A stretch of DNA of 64,000 bases from a virus: IMG/VR virus record IMGVR_UViG_3300007345_000027, positions 1-64,000 of that record; one strand, written 5' to 3'. The notes beneath the pieces are model-generated. The model did no database searches. It was given only the letters and a program-made list of their open reading frames with translations, and was not told where the DNA came from. The position numbers and the translations under genes are program-made. Positions 1 to 11,246 of this stretch are shown here, one piece after another; within the stretch, counting starts at the first letter, position 1; the number at the start of each line of letters is the position of its first letter.

Positions 1-2
1 AG

Positions 3-1472
3 GGAACACAAGGATCTCAAGGATTCCAGGGAACTCAAGGGTCACAGGGATTCCAGGGAACACAAGGATCTCAAGGATTCCAGGGTCTTCAAGGAAGAAC
101 TGGACCTGTTGCTGGATCTGCATATCAAGTAATTTATAAAGATGGTTCCAATGAACCAGTAGGATCTAATACCTTACAATTTGATGGACAAAATTTATCT
201 GTTTCTGGTGAAGTAAACGCTCTTGGTGGATTTAACCTTGGTATTCATTCTGGTGGGACAGCGATTACAACTGGTATAATTACTGCCGTAAACTTTATTG
301 GAACTGGTAATACAGTATCTTATAATAGTTCTTCAAAAGTTGTTGATGTTTCTATTTCTGGTGGTGATAAATGGATTCTTGTAGAAGATGATTACACAGC
401 AACTGTCGGAGACCAAATTGTTGCTGATACTATAGGGAATCCCGAATCTACTTCTAATCCCTTTACAATAACTTTACCATCAAACCCTGTTTTTGGTGAT
501 ACTGTTACAATAGCTGATGGTCATGATTGGAGTCTTGCAAATCTAACAGTTACATCTTCTGATAATATAGAATCATCATCATCTGATAGAACTGAAGGTA
601 CTCAACATGCATTAGTTAAGTATGTATATCTTAATTCTAATGTTGGGTGGAATAGATATACTCAATATGAGGCTCTTCAGGGTGCTCAGGGACTTCAAGG
701 TTTACAGGGATTACAAGGGACTCAGGGTTTACAGGGAATACAAGGTAATCAAGGAACTCAGGGAAGACAGGGTCTTCAAGGAACTCAAGGAATAGGTAAT
801 CAAGGAACTCAAGGTCTTCAGGGTTATACTGGTGATTTTGGTTCTCAAGGTGCTCAGGGACTTCAAGGTTTACAGGGTCTTCAGGGACTTCAAGGATCAA
901 ATGCTGGGCAGGGTGTTCAGGGTGTTCAGGGTATTACTGGTTATATCGCTGATGGTGGTGTTGAGAGAACAGTTACATCTGTGATTATTGGTGCTGCAGC
1001 AACTGATAGAATATCCGCTAATTATACTGTTGGATATGTTGATGTCTTCTTGAATGGATCTAAATTGGATTCAAGTGAATATACTGCAACTAATGGTTCA
1101 TCTATCATCTTTACTGAGGATCCTGTTGAGAATGATATTATTGAAACAATCGCTTATGAGAGAGTAAGTCTTGGGTCAATCATTGGTATTACTACATCAT
1201 CGGCATATACTTTAGTTTCTACTGATGCTGGTAAATTTGTTAATACTAGTGATGATGTAATCATACCTCAAAATGTTTTTAATGAGGGGGATATAATTTC
1301 CGTTTATAATAATTCTGGAGCTACTTTTGATGTTGTGCAAGGTTCTGGAACCACTGTTTATCTTGGTGGAGTTGGAAGTACGGGAAATAAAACACTTTCA
1401 GCAAAAGGTCTTGCAACAATTTTATGTGTTGGAACTAATAAATTTGTAATTGTTGGTGCGGGGGTAGTATAA
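3..1472 (+). CDS. collagen-like tail fibre protein, 5'-truncated by window edge
   Basis: Frame starting at nt 3 is open to TAA at 1472 (the 981..1472 track ORF is only its C-terminus); Gly-X-Gln repeats plus fibre domains shared with 10138..10872 (YTA..GDQ..ADT..FTITLP) and 2500..5427 (GY.DV.LNG..TATNG). Confidence 0.85.
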   Translation, partial: GTQGSQGFQGTQGSQGFQGTQGSQGFQGLQGRTGPVAGSAYQVIYKDGSNEPVGSNTLQFDGQNLSVSGEVNALGGFNLGIHSGGTAITTGIITAVNFIGTGNTVSYNSSSKVVDVSISGGDKWILVEDDYTATVGDQIVADTIGNPESTSNPFTITLPSNPVFGDTVTIADGHDWSLANLTVTSSDNIESSSSDRTEGTQHALVKYVYLNSNVGWNRYTQYEALQGAQGLQGLQGLQGTQGLQGIQGNQGTQGRQGLQGTQGIGNQGTQGLQGYTGDFGSQGAQGLQGLQGLQGLQGSNAGQGVQGVQGITGYIADGGVERTVTSVIIGAAATDRISANYTVGYVDVFLNGSKLDSSEYTATNGSSIIFTEDPVENDIIETIAYERVSLGSIIGITTSSAYTLVSTDAGKFVNTSDDVIIPQNVFNEGDIISVYNNSGATFDVVQGSGTTVYLGGVGSTGNKTLSAKGLATILCVGTNKFVIVGAGVV

Positions 1473-2452
1473 TGTCAATTCTTCAAATGTTATTTCATCG
1501 CGAAGTTGCAATTATGACAAGCGGTGGAACAGTATTAGAACCAGGGAATGGATATAAGTATCACGTATTTACCAATCAAAATAGTACAGAATACTTTCAA
1601 ATAATTAAAGCTCCTCAGAATCAATTAACATTTGATTATATTATTATTGGTGGCGGTGGTGGTGGAGGAGCGACTAGAACAGAACCCAATAATCAGAGTA
1701 CATATGGTTCTGGTGGTGGAGGAGCAGGAGGTGTTTTGGCAGGAATTGGTACTTTGAGTGTTGGATCCTATGCTGTTCAATGTGGTGCTGGTGGAACAGG
1801 TGGAATTGATGGTGCAACTGATGCTATTGCTTATGGTAGGGGTAATAATGGAACACCATCCTATCTTTGGAATGGGGAGACTAATAGTGGTATAGGAACC
1901 GCTATTGGTGGTGGAGGTGGTGGATATGGTACTTGGAGTGGACCTGAGTCGAGTACATATGGTCCTGGAAATCCTGGTGGATCTGGTGGAGGTGGTGCTG
2001 CTCCATCAAGAACTAAGGGGTCTGGAACTCCTGGACAGGGAAATGATGGCGGACAAGCAATTTTTTCTGGAAATGTAACTGCTGGTGGTGGCGGCGGATC
2101 TGGTGGTAATGGTAGCAGTAATACTTATGGTGGTGTGGCTAACACTTACCCAATTTATCCAGCACCAATAATTGCTCCTGCAATACCATCTACAGATAGA
2201 CCTGATTGGACTCCAACTGTAACTACATCAGGATATTATGCTTCTGGCGGTAATGGTGGAAGCAGTAGTAATAATTTAACATCTTTAGGTGGTGCTGGTG
2301 GTAACAGTGCATTTCTTAGTGTTTCATATAGACATGCTCATAACTACACTGGTGCAGGTGGTGGTGGGCATCCTGGAAGATTTGGTTATGCTGGTGGTGA
2401 TGGTGGACATGGGGCTCATGGTCTTGTTGTTATTCGGATTGATGTTTCATAA
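1472..2452 (+). CDS. glycine-rich virion/fibre-associated protein
   Basis: Repeated GGGGG/GGAGG runs between YKYHVFT and GxVVIR end motifs, typical of phage glycine-rich domains; TAATG coupling to the upstream gene. Confidence 0.75.
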   Translation: MSILQMLFHREVAIMTSGGTVLEPGNGYKYHVFTNQNSTEYFQIIKAPQNQLTFDYIIIGGGGGGGATRTEPNNQSTYGSGGGGAGGVLAGIGTLSVGSYAVQCGAGGTGGIDGATDAIAYGRGNNGTPSYLWNGETNSGIGTAIGGGGGGYGTWSGPESSTYGPGNPGGSGGGGAAPSRTKGSGTPGQGNDGGQAIFSGNVTAGGGGGSGGNGSSNTYGGVANTYPIYPAPIIAPAIPSTDRPDWTPTVTTSGYYASGGNGGSSSNNLTSLGGAGGNSAFLSVSYRHAHNYTGAGGGGHPGRFGYAGGDGGHGAHGLVVIRIDVS

Positions 2453-2499
2453 CATGTTTTACATTTATAAAAATAAATACTTAAAACCATAGGAATATA

Positions 2500-5427
2500 A
2501 TGGGAAAGTCTAGACAAACTGGTAAGTTATCTTCAGATGGAATGCTTTTCCCCTCAGTTACTGATGGGAAGGTGGGGATAGGCACGACTATACCTTCTGA
2601 GACTTTACATATCCAGGGAAGTGCGAGACTTACTGGAGAACTGAAAGATTACTATAATGTTTCGGGAACTGCAGGGCAGATTTTAATCTCAACTGGATCT
2701 GGAGTATCGTGGACTTCTGATGGGTCTACAATTACTGGTGTTGGAGCACCTGGTTATTGGGAAAGTAATACGGTAGGTCTTTCCACAAATTCTCATGTTA
2801 GTATTGGCGCTGGTTTAAGTGTAACTGGTATTTCTACCTTTAAAGATCGTATACAACTTGGCGATACTTTAGGTAATGGATTATATGTTGGTAATGATAA
2901 TGATCTTATAATATACGAAACTTCTGGTGATGTTGGGATTAACTACCAGACAAGTGGTGGAACATTGTTTATCCGTGGTGATAATGTTAAGATCGATACG
3001 GCTGGATCAAAAAGAATTCTCACACACTCTGCTGGTGCAGTAGATCTTTATTATGCTGATAGTAAAAAACTTGAAACTGCTAATACTGGTGTAAGAATTA
3101 CTGGTGGACTTCTGGACAAAGATGGTGATATTGGATCATCTGGACAAGTATTAAGTTCTACTGGAACTGAGATTAATTGGGTTGATGCGGCAGTTGCTTC
3201 TCAAGGACTTCAAGGGGTTCAAGGTGTTAAGGGGCGTGGAGGTGGAGTAGTATATCGATATAGTAATACAACAACTAAGTCTAATCCTGGAGCGGGTTAT
3301 TTTAGATGGGATGATACATCCGCAGCATCAGTAACAGAAATATACATTCATCATAATGATTTACAAAACATATCTCAAACTTCGTGGATTGGTAATTGGT
3401 CTTCTATAGGGGGAGCAAATCCTATAGGATATTTACATATACAATTATTTAATTATACTTGGACTTTTGAAGTTACTGATATAGTCGATGAATCGGTTAA
3501 CCAAGGTACTGATACATATTACACACTTACTGTTAGTCTTTCATCTGGTAGTATCACCACAATTGGTAATAACAATCATTGTTCTATTTTCTTTGTTCCT
3601 ACTGGATTGCAAGGTGTTCAAGGTGGATTATCTGCTCAAGGACTTCAAGGACTTCAAGGTATTAAGGGAGATACTGGCAACTTTGGTGGTGCTACATTTT
3701 ATTATACCTTTGAAGCAAATACCACAGATGCGAATCCAGGTTCAGGAGATATTAGATTAGATAATTCAACTCAGAATGCTGCAACGGGTATCTATATTTG
3801 TGACATAGATGAGAACGGTAATGATATATCATCTTATCTACAAACTATTGATGACTCTACAAGTACTATCAAGGGTCATGTCAAGATTTCAAACAAAACA
3901 GATCCAAGTCAATTTATATTATTTACAATTTCAAGTCTTACAGACAACAGTGGATATTTTGATATTACGGTAAGTCCTGTAGATTCATCGGCAACTAATC
4001 CATTTAGTGCTGATGAAGACATTATAATAACCTTTGCTAGAACTGGTGATAAAGGAGAAACGGGTCCTCAAGGAAATCAGGGAACTCAGGGTGTTCAAGG
4101 ATTCCAAGGAACTCAGGGTGTTGGATCTCAGGGAACTCAGGGTGTTAAGGGTGAAGACTCTAACGTACCTGGTCCTCAAGGTGCTCAAGGTCTTCAAGGT
4201 CTTCAAGGTCGTGATGGATCTAATGCTGGACAAGGTACTCAAGGTTCTCAAGGATTCCAAGGTCTTCAGGGGCAAAGAGGTCAAACAGGTGCTGGTACTC
4301 CTGGTTCCGATGGTGCTCAAGGTACTCAAGGACTTGTTGGATCACAACCTATTGCAAAACAGTATGTTGTTACTGTATCTGGTAGTGTTTTTGTTCTAGA
4401 TGGTGATTCTCAACCATCTTTATCTTTATTCAGGGGTCAAAAGTATACCTTTGATCAATCTGATTCTAGTAATGTTAGTCATGAATTAGAATTAGAACTT
4501 CTAAATGGATCTGGATACACTAGTGGATGGACTGATAATGGTGGTACATTAGGAACAGATTTGGTACATACTTTTGTAGTTCCCTACGATGCACCAGACC
4601 AACTTAATTATAGTTGTGTTACTCATGGAACTTCTATGGGTAATACCATTAACATCTATGATCTTACTGCCTCTGACTTACAAGGTCTCCAAGGTATAAT
4701 TGGTTCTGGTGCTCAAGGCACTCAAGGATCTCAAGGATTCCAAGGAACTCAGGGTGTTGGATCTCAGGGAACTCAGGGTGTTAAGGGTGAAGACTCTAAC
4801 GTACCTGGTCCTCAAGGTGCTCAAGGTATTCAAGCTACTCAAGGTCTTCAGGGTCTTCAGGGAGTTGGATTCCAAGGTTTACAGGGACCAGCTGGTGCTG
4901 GTAGTGCTATTACAGTTCAGGATGAGGGTTCTGCTTTAACAACAGCAGCATCCGTATTAAACTTTGTTGGTAGTGGTGTAGTTGCATCAGGAACTGGTTC
5001 AACAAAAACAATTACAATTTCTGGAGGTGGAGGTGGTGGTAGTACTACAAGAACAGTTACTACTCAAACTGTTAGTAGTGCAACCGATACATATTCAGTT
5101 ACTTATGATGTTGGATATCTTGATGTATACCTTAATGGTGTCAGATTAGAAACTGGTGAATTTACGGCAACAAATGGGACAAGTGTTGTATTGGATAATG
5201 ATACTCACGTTGGAGATGTGATTGAATTTGTTGCATATAGTTCTGTATCTCTTACTAGTGTTGAGGTTAGTGATGATACGACTCCAGAATTAGGTGGTCA
5301 TCTTGATTTAAATGGATATAATATTACTGGTATTGGCAGTATAAGTATTACTGGTGATATATCTGCTAATAATGTTCAGATGGCAACTCAAAATGATGCA
5401 ATTGCATTTGCAATCGCATTAGGATGA
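2500..5427 (+). CDS. collagen-like tail fibre with cupredoxin-like domain
   Basis: GKVGIGTT.P fibre motif, Gly-X-Gln runs, H...C-V-T-H-G-T-S-M motif, hydrophobic C-terminus AIAFAIALG. Confidence 0.8.
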   Translation: MGKSRQTGKLSSDGMLFPSVTDGKVGIGTTIPSETLHIQGSARLTGELKDYYNVSGTAGQILISTGSGVSWTSDGSTITGVGAPGYWESNTVGLSTNSHVSIGAGLSVTGISTFKDRIQLGDTLGNGLYVGNDNDLIIYETSGDVGINYQTSGGTLFIRGDNVKIDTAGSKRILTHSAGAVDLYYADSKKLETANTGVRITGGLLDKDGDIGSSGQVLSSTGTEINWVDAAVASQGLQGVQGVKGRGGGVVYRYSNTTTKSNPGAGYFRWDDTSAASVTEIYIHHNDLQNISQTSWIGNWSSIGGANPIGYLHIQLFNYTWTFEVTDIVDESVNQGTDTYYTLTVSLSSGSITTIGNNNHCSIFFVPTGLQGVQGGLSAQGLQGLQGIKGDTGNFGGATFYYTFEANTTDANPGSGDIRLDNSTQNAATGIYICDIDENGNDISSYLQTIDDSTSTIKGHVKISNKTDPSQFILFTISSLTDNSGYFDITVSPVDSSATNPFSADEDIIITFARTGDKGETGPQGNQGTQGVQGFQGTQGVGSQGTQGVKGEDSNVPGPQGAQGLQGLQGRDGSNAGQGTQGSQGFQGLQGQRGQTGAGTPGSDGAQGTQGLVGSQPIAKQYVVTVSGSVFVLDGDSQPSLSLFRGQKYTFDQSDSSNVSHELELELLNGSGYTSGWTDNGGTLGTDLVHTFVVPYDAPDQLNYSCVTHGTSMGNTINIYDLTASDLQGLQGIIGSGAQGTQGSQGFQGTQGVGSQGTQGVKGEDSNVPGPQGAQGIQATQGLQGLQGVGFQGLQGPAGAGSAITVQDEGSALTTAASVLNFVGSGVVASGTGSTKTITISGGGGGGSTTRTVTTQTVSSATDTYSVTYDVGYLDVYLNGVRLETGEFTATNGTSVVLDNDTHVGDVIEFVAYSSVSLTSVEVSDDTTPELGGHLDLNGYNITGIGSISITGDISANNVQMATQNDAIAFAIALG
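4095..4827 (+). repeat. 97-bp identical direct repeat (4095-4191 and 4731-4827)
   Basis: tcaaggattccaaggaactcagggtgttggatct...ggtcctcaaggtgctcaaggt read at both positions. Confidence 0.9.
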
Positions 5428-5457
5428 TAAATACTGATATAAAACTGAAAGGATACA

Positions 5458-8400
5458 ATGGCAAAGAAGTTAATCTATAATTACACCTTTGATGCTTCTG
5501 CACAAACTGTAGTTATAAAGGGGTTATATAAACTTAGAACACTTCAACTGATCACAAATGTAACCGATCAGACAATTATTTACAATTTTGCCGATACAAA
5601 TAAAGGGGGCACTACATCATATAATAGTGATAATGATGAGACGACTATCACTTTAGAATATGACACTACCACGATGAGTGATAGTGATGAGCTTCAAATA
5701 TTTGTTGATGAACAAGAGAATAAAATTGAAGCAGGAGAATCACTATTAGATCCTGTTCATAAATTTAGAGTATCAAATCCAGAGAATTTAATTGATACTG
5801 ACTTTGAATATGGATTACAACCAACAAAGTGGGAAACATTAGAACTTGTTAATAATATTCCATCAACATACACAAGAGCTCCTGGTATCTCTATTGGTGG
5901 AATTAGTCAGGTTAATATCACAAATAATAGTGATGAGGTTACTGTTGTTTGTACGATTAACCATGACTTAGCAGTTGGTGATCCAATTGAAGTTCAAGGA
6001 ACCAATGTAAGAACAGTAAACGGAAAGTATATTATTACTGCAGTTCCATCTGATACTACATTTGTTTATAGAGCAGGTTCTATACAATCTACAACTGCAA
6101 ATACAAAGACGGTATATACAACGATTATTCCTGGTTCATTTTTCACTGGATCAAATATTGAATATGAGAAAAGTAGAGGAATTGAGACAGATAATGCAGA
6201 TCCATCAACATTAACAATCGAAACAGAATTTAATCATGGATTAACAACATCAACCAGTTTGTATATTACAAATACTGTAGGCAAAAGATCTATTGGTATT
6301 GCAAGTACAGCATCAAATGCTCCTGATGGAAGTCCTTTTGTGAATATAACTGATGATAGTTTTTATGCTGCTAATCACGGATTATATACAAATCAAACCG
6401 TATTTTTATCAGCAGATACTGGTGGAACAATGCCAACGGCAGCTACTGGAGCAGGTGGAGAACCTGAAACAAGTAGTGCTGCAATAAACACAATATTTGA
6501 TGCCGTTACGACTGCTGCAGATGCAATTGTATCAACACATGGAGCAAATCACTCCAGAATTTATCATAATGCTAATATCTCAACTTCTGCATTTTATACT
6601 ACTAATGGAGTAGGCATAACTCCAAGAGAAGGTGCTAGTGGTGGTGCAAATGATATACAGTATCAGGATTTTTCATATGGACAATATTCTGGCTCTTCGA
6701 ATAGAGCTAACCCTCTATATTTCTATAACTCTTCTCTTGCTTTTAGAGCAGAATATCGTTGGTATGATTATGGAGAAATTGCATCCGTTTTATTTACAGG
6801 AAATCCAGTAGATGTTGGACAGTATTTTACAAGATATACTGATAATACTGGATCTGCTCCAGCAACACTAGCAAATCTAGGATATTATTATCAATCAACT
6901 GCACATAATTATCTGGGATTTACGGATCATATTATAACTGTACGATCATTTCCAGATCCAAGCACAGTTGAGTCAAGTATTGCCAGACAACGATACTTTG
7001 ATTATACTTATTATAGCAAAGGAAGTAATACTTCTAGCGGATATAGTAATTATTATGTACAAAATACCAGACAAAATGCTGGTGATGGATGGTATTATAC
7101 TTACCTTTGCCAGTATTATCGTGGTGATACTGCTCGTTCTGGTGCCGTAAAATTTAATATTTTCTTAGAAAATGATAATTGGAGTGCTCAGTATGGAGGA
7201 AATACTTTTTGGTCTCAATACCGTAGAAATATTGAGTGGGCATTTCATGGTACATTTTCAAATAGTACGCAAAATATAAGAGGACAATTTTACCTCATTG
7301 AAGTTTTATTTGCTCTTGATGAAGATACTGCCACTAATTACTATGATAGTGCTACTTTTGCATCAAGAATAAGTGATATTGTTGATCAAATCAAAACTGA
7401 TACTTCAGTTGTTGGATTAAGTGGTGTTGGTATCAATACACTTACGGCAGAAGTAGTCGATGTAAATCGATTTAAATTAAAAGATAGTAATGGAAATGTT
7501 CTGGATTTTACTGATACGGGTGCAGCACCTTTATTAGTAGAAACTGCACAAACGACTGGTGTTGTTGATGATTACTATGATATAACTGGAATAACTAGTA
7601 CAACAGTAAGTATTGGTGTTAGCAATAGAATTGTATCAAGAGAACTTACATTTGGTAACACAGGTATCACATCTGATGCTAATTCAGATTCATATTATAT
7701 CAATATACCAACTGGTCATGGATTAAATAATCTTCAAAAATTAGTTTTTGATGAGGTCAGTGGTGCCAGTATTCCTGGATTAACATCAGGAACAACATAT
7801 TATGCGATTGTTCCCAACAATGAATATGTTCAGTTAGGTTTTTCTACTAGTGATGCACAAACTGGTATTAATTCAATTACTGATCTTCAGGCATCTTCTG
7901 GTTCATATAAACTTACAATTCCTGGAATTGCTGGAAGAGTTGCAGCAGCAGGAACGGTTACTACAACAGAAACAGGAACAACAGTAACAGGAACAAATAC
8001 GAAATTCCAATCAACATATTCTATCGGAGATCCATTTATTGTTGCTGGACTATCAACTTTCTCAGATTATGCTCAAGGAGAAGTTGCATCTATTGTAAGT
8101 GATACGAGTTTAGTTCTTCGTAATTCGATTGGTATTGCAAAAACTGGTGTAGAGCATTATGTTGATACAAAGATCAATGTAAGGGCAGATGGAACCTTTA
8201 TTCATAGACCTTTTGATGGTGGTGTGGATATTACTGCTGGAACATCACCAAATTCAAAAATTATCAGACAAACAAGAAAATATTTCCGTTATCAATCTGG
8301 TAAAGGTATTCAGTGTTCAATGGCTATTAACTTCAATCCATATCAACCAGCAAGATTAGTTGAAGGATCTGGAACCACTGTTACCGTGACGACAGAATAT

Positions 8401-10119
8401 CCACATAATTTAACTGCTGGTGATACAATTAAGTTTAGGGGTGCGAGTGATTCAAATTATAATGGAACTAATTTTACTGTAGCAAATCCAACAACATTTA
8501 CTTTCCAATATACTGCGGGTGGAACAGTATCAGAAGCAAATCCAACAGGATTTATGGAATGGACTATTAACTCATATAGTGGTGCTTCTGTTCGTGCTGG
8601 ATTATTTGATGATCAAAATGGTTTCTTCTATGAATATGATGGATCAAATTTATATTGTGTAAGAAGATCCTCTGTTCAACAGTTATCTGGAACATCAAAT
8701 GTTACTTATCTGAGTAATAAAATTCTTGGTACAAATACAAGATTCCAAGATCAATTATCTGTAAATGATATGATTGTGGTTAGAGGTCAATCATATAAAG
8801 TTACCGCAATTCATGGTCAGGATGAGATTGATATACAACCAAAATATAGAGGATCATCAAATTCTGGTGTTGTGATTACACTTACTCAGGATGTAAGAAC
8901 TGCACAGACATCCTGGAATATTGATAAGGCAGATGGGTCAGGACCATCTGGATATAATTTAGATATCAATTCAATCCAAATGGCTTATATGGATTATTCC
9001 TGGTACGGTGCAGGTAAGATTCGTTTTGGTTTCAAAGATACCTACGGTCATGTTAAGTATATGCACGAATTTATTCATAATAATAGATTGAATGAAGCAT
9101 ATATGAGAACGGGTAATGTCCCTGCTAGATATGAGGTTGCAAATACAACAGATACTCCAACATTTGTTCCTTCATTATTCCACTGGGGAACATCAGTTAT
9201 TATGGATGGTGGATTTGATAATGATGATAGTTATCTATTTACTGCATCGGGCAATTCATTATCATTCACAAATGGAGATAGTGATACTGTAACTACAACC
9301 GCAGATGGTGCAATTAGTAGACAAAAAATTTATGGAAATTATTCAAACTGGTATTTAAGATTAACATTTTCTGCTGCTGATGCAGATAAGTTTACAAATG
9401 GTATTCCATTGTATACTGTTGATGATGAATTGAATGGCCAAGCAGTTGACTTCACTCAATATTCGGGAAATAGTTTCTATGTCTATATCTATCTTTCTAC
9501 TGGATGGAATCAACCTGGAGTTTATCCACTTGTTTCTTCAGGAACTGCAGTCAGTATTGGTGCTCCGTCTAGTGGTGGTTCTAATAGTGATGTTGATCTT
9601 AATTCATTAATTCCTTTGATTAGTATTCGTCTTGCACCGTCAGCAGATAATAATTTGATTGGAGAACTTGGTGAAAGAGATATTATTAATCGAATGCAAT
9701 TAAAATTACAAGAGATGGGTGTTTCCGTATCACATGACTCAAGAATTACTGTCGTATTGAATGGATCATTAAGTAATTTAAATCACTTAAATGTTGGTTC
9801 TCCATCACTTTCACAATATACTGCTCATGATTCTGGAGATACCATTCAAGGAGGAACAACAATTTACCAGTTCCGTGCATCTGGCGGACCTATTGGTATT
9901 GGAACTCAAGGTCAAGAAATTAGATCTGTTGCATCTGAAACATTTGATTTAAGTAGATTGACTGATCTTGGAAACTCTATTCTTGGTGGTGATGGTGTAT
10001 TTCCAAACGGTCCAGATGTAATTACAATTTGTGCATCATCTCTTGATACTGCAAGTATCAATAAAGATTCACCTTATCAAATATCATCTAGAATTTCTTG
10101 GTCAGAATCTCAAGCATAA
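5458..10119 (+). CDS. large virion structural protein (cyanophage fibre/baseplate-associated)
   Basis: 1553-aa Thr/Gly-rich beta protein with repeated (H)GL..GD.V modules; ATAAATA late-promoter-like site at ~5427; structural gene context. Confidence 0.7.
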   Translation: MAKKLIYNYTFDASAQTVVIKGLYKLRTLQLITNVTDQTIIYNFADTNKGGTTSYNSDNDETTITLEYDTTTMSDSDELQIFVDEQENKIEAGESLLDPVHKFRVSNPENLIDTDFEYGLQPTKWETLELVNNIPSTYTRAPGISIGGISQVNITNNSDEVTVVCTINHDLAVGDPIEVQGTNVRTVNGKYIITAVPSDTTFVYRAGSIQSTTANTKTVYTTIIPGSFFTGSNIEYEKSRGIETDNADPSTLTIETEFNHGLTTSTSLYITNTVGKRSIGIASTASNAPDGSPFVNITDDSFYAANHGLYTNQTVFLSADTGGTMPTAATGAGGEPETSSAAINTIFDAVTTAADAIVSTHGANHSRIYHNANISTSAFYTTNGVGITPREGASGGANDIQYQDFSYGQYSGSSNRANPLYFYNSSLAFRAEYRWYDYGEIASVLFTGNPVDVGQYFTRYTDNTGSAPATLANLGYYYQSTAHNYLGFTDHIITVRSFPDPSTVESSIARQRYFDYTYYSKGSNTSSGYSNYYVQNTRQNAGDGWYYTYLCQYYRGDTARSGAVKFNIFLENDNWSAQYGGNTFWSQYRRNIEWAFHGTFSNSTQNIRGQFYLIEVLFALDEDTATNYYDSATFASRISDIVDQIKTDTSVVGLSGVGINTLTAEVVDVNRFKLKDSNGNVLDFTDTGAAPLLVETAQTTGVVDDYYDITGITSTTVSIGVSNRIVSRELTFGNTGITSDANSDSYYINIPTGHGLNNLQKLVFDEVSGASIPGLTSGTTYYAIVPNNEYVQLGFSTSDAQTGINSITDLQASSGSYKLTIPGIAGRVAAAGTVTTTETGTTVTGTNTKFQSTYSIGDPFIVAGLSTFSDYAQGEVASIVSDTSLVLRNSIGIAKTGVEHYVDTKINVRADGTFIHRPFDGGVDITAGTSPNSKIIRQTRKYFRYQSGKGIQCSMAINFNPYQPARLVEGSGTTVTVTTEYPHNLTAGDTIKFRGASDSNYNGTNFTVANPTTFTFQYTAGGTVSEANPTGFMEWTINSYSGASVRAGLFDDQNGFFYEYDGSNLYCVRRSSVQQLSGTSNVTYLSNKILGTNTRFQDQLSVNDMIVVRGQSYKVTAIHGQDEIDIQPKYRGSSNSGVVITLTQDVRTAQTSWNIDKADGSGPSGYNLDINSIQMAYMDYSWYGAGKIRFGFKDTYGHVKYMHEFIHNNRLNEAYMRTGNVPARYEVANTTDTPTFVPSLFHWGTSVIMDGGFDNDDSYLFTASGNSLSFTNGDSDTVTTTADGAISRQKIYGNYSNWYLRLTFSAADADKFTNGIPLYTVDDELNGQAVDFTQYSGNSFYVYIYLSTGWNQPGVYPLVSSGTAVSIGAPSSGGSNSDVDLNSLIPLISIRLAPSADNNLIGELGERDIINRMQLKLQEMGVSVSHDSRITVVLNGSLSNLNHLNVGSPSLSQYTAHDSGDTIQGGTTIYQFRASGGPIGIGTQGQEIRSVASETFDLSRLTDLGNSILGGDGVFPNGPDVITICASSLDTASINKDSPYQISSRISWSESQA

Positions 10120-10137
10120 TAGGGAGGAACTAACTAA

Positions 10138-10872
10138 ATGGGAAGAACTAGAGAAACTGCAAATTTAGTTTCCGAAGGATTAATAACAAGAGCTGTTGAT
10201 ACGGATAGAATTGGTATCAACAGTTCTGTTCCTACTAGTTTACTTGATGTTCGTGGAACGATAACAGGAACTGATTATTCTGGTGATGGTTCTGCATTGA
10301 GTGGAATTGTAACATCAATTGTTGCTGGAACTAATATTACTTTAACTGGTGGTCCTACAGGAATAGTTACTATTAATAGTTCTGGTGGTGGTGGAGGAGG
10401 ATCAAATCCATGGACTAGAAAGACTACAACTTATACAGCTTCTGCTGGTGATCAACTTATTGCCGACACCTCTGGTGGTAGTTTTACTATAACATTACCA
10501 GCATCTCCAAGTGAAGGTGATTCTGTTAAAATTGGTGACGGTGGAGATTGGGACACTAATAATTTAACAGTGGCACGTAATGGTAGTAATATTGAAGGTT
10601 CCGCTGATAATTTTATTTTAGATTTGAAGGGTGTCATTGTAGAATTTGTATATGAAGATGCAACAGATGGATGGCAAGTTTATTCATATACTGGTCTTGG
10701 TGGTGGAATAACAATACAAGAAGAAGGATCTAATGTTGGTGCTGCAGTAACAACTTTAAATTTTTATGGTTCTTCAGTAACAGCAGCAGTAAATAGTGGT
10801 ATCGCTTCAGTTACAATTTCTGGTTCTGGTGGTGGATCGGCAGATCTACTGGAATCTATGTTATTTACCTAA
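10138..10872 (+). CDS. short tail-fibre-like protein
   Basis: RIGINS..P fibre motif, YTA..GDQ..ADT..FTITLP domain, GGAGG RBS. Confidence 0.7.
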   Translation: MGRTRETANLVSEGLITRAVDTDRIGINSSVPTSLLDVRGTITGTDYSGDGSALSGIVTSIVAGTNITLTGGPTGIVTINSSGGGGGGSNPWTRKTTTYTASAGDQLIADTSGGSFTITLPASPSEGDSVKIGDGGDWDTNNLTVARNGSNIEGSADNFILDLKGVIVEFVYEDATDGWQVYSYTGLGGGITIQEEGSNVGAAVTTLNFYGSSVTAAVNSGIASVTISGSGGGSADLLESMLFT

Positions 10873-10894
10873 ATAAAATTAAAACGAAAATATA

Positions 10895-11245
10895 ATGGCC
10901 CTAGCAAAAACTGGTTTAGGATTTCCCGTTTCCGTTTCAGCAAATAGTACTGGAACAGTTGTCCAAGTTCAGAATTCTCAAAAAATATACGTCCGAGGAT
11001 TACTGATACATAATCTAGACACTGGTGCTAACACAACTTTTCACGTCTATGTGGTGGCTAATGGTGGATCTCCAGCAACATCAAACAAAATAATTAAAGG
11101 TGCAATGAGTGCTTCAGATACGGCATTTATTGAGTTCGCATATCCAATCACATTGACAACAAATGGTGATACGATTCGGGTTGAAAATGACAGTACAACA
11201 AATGCAATAACTGTTTTACCTTTGGGTGATAAGGAGTCCTCATAA
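10895..11245 (+). CDS. small (~116 aa) virion adaptor-like protein
   Basis: Pattern similarity by eye to 14817..15179, 60859..61218 and the N-terminus of 13715..14755. Confidence 0.6.
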   Translation: MALAKTGLGFPVSVSANSTGTVVQVQNSQKIYVRGLLIHNLDTGANTTFHVYVVANGGSPATSNKIIKGAMSASDTAFIEFAYPITLTTNGDTIRVENDSTTNAITVLPLGDKESS

Positions 11246-11246
11246 T

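Noticed and set aside
981-1472. 163-aa ORF as a stand-alone gene
   Set aside because: The same frame is open from nt 3, so it is the C-terminus of a longer truncated gene
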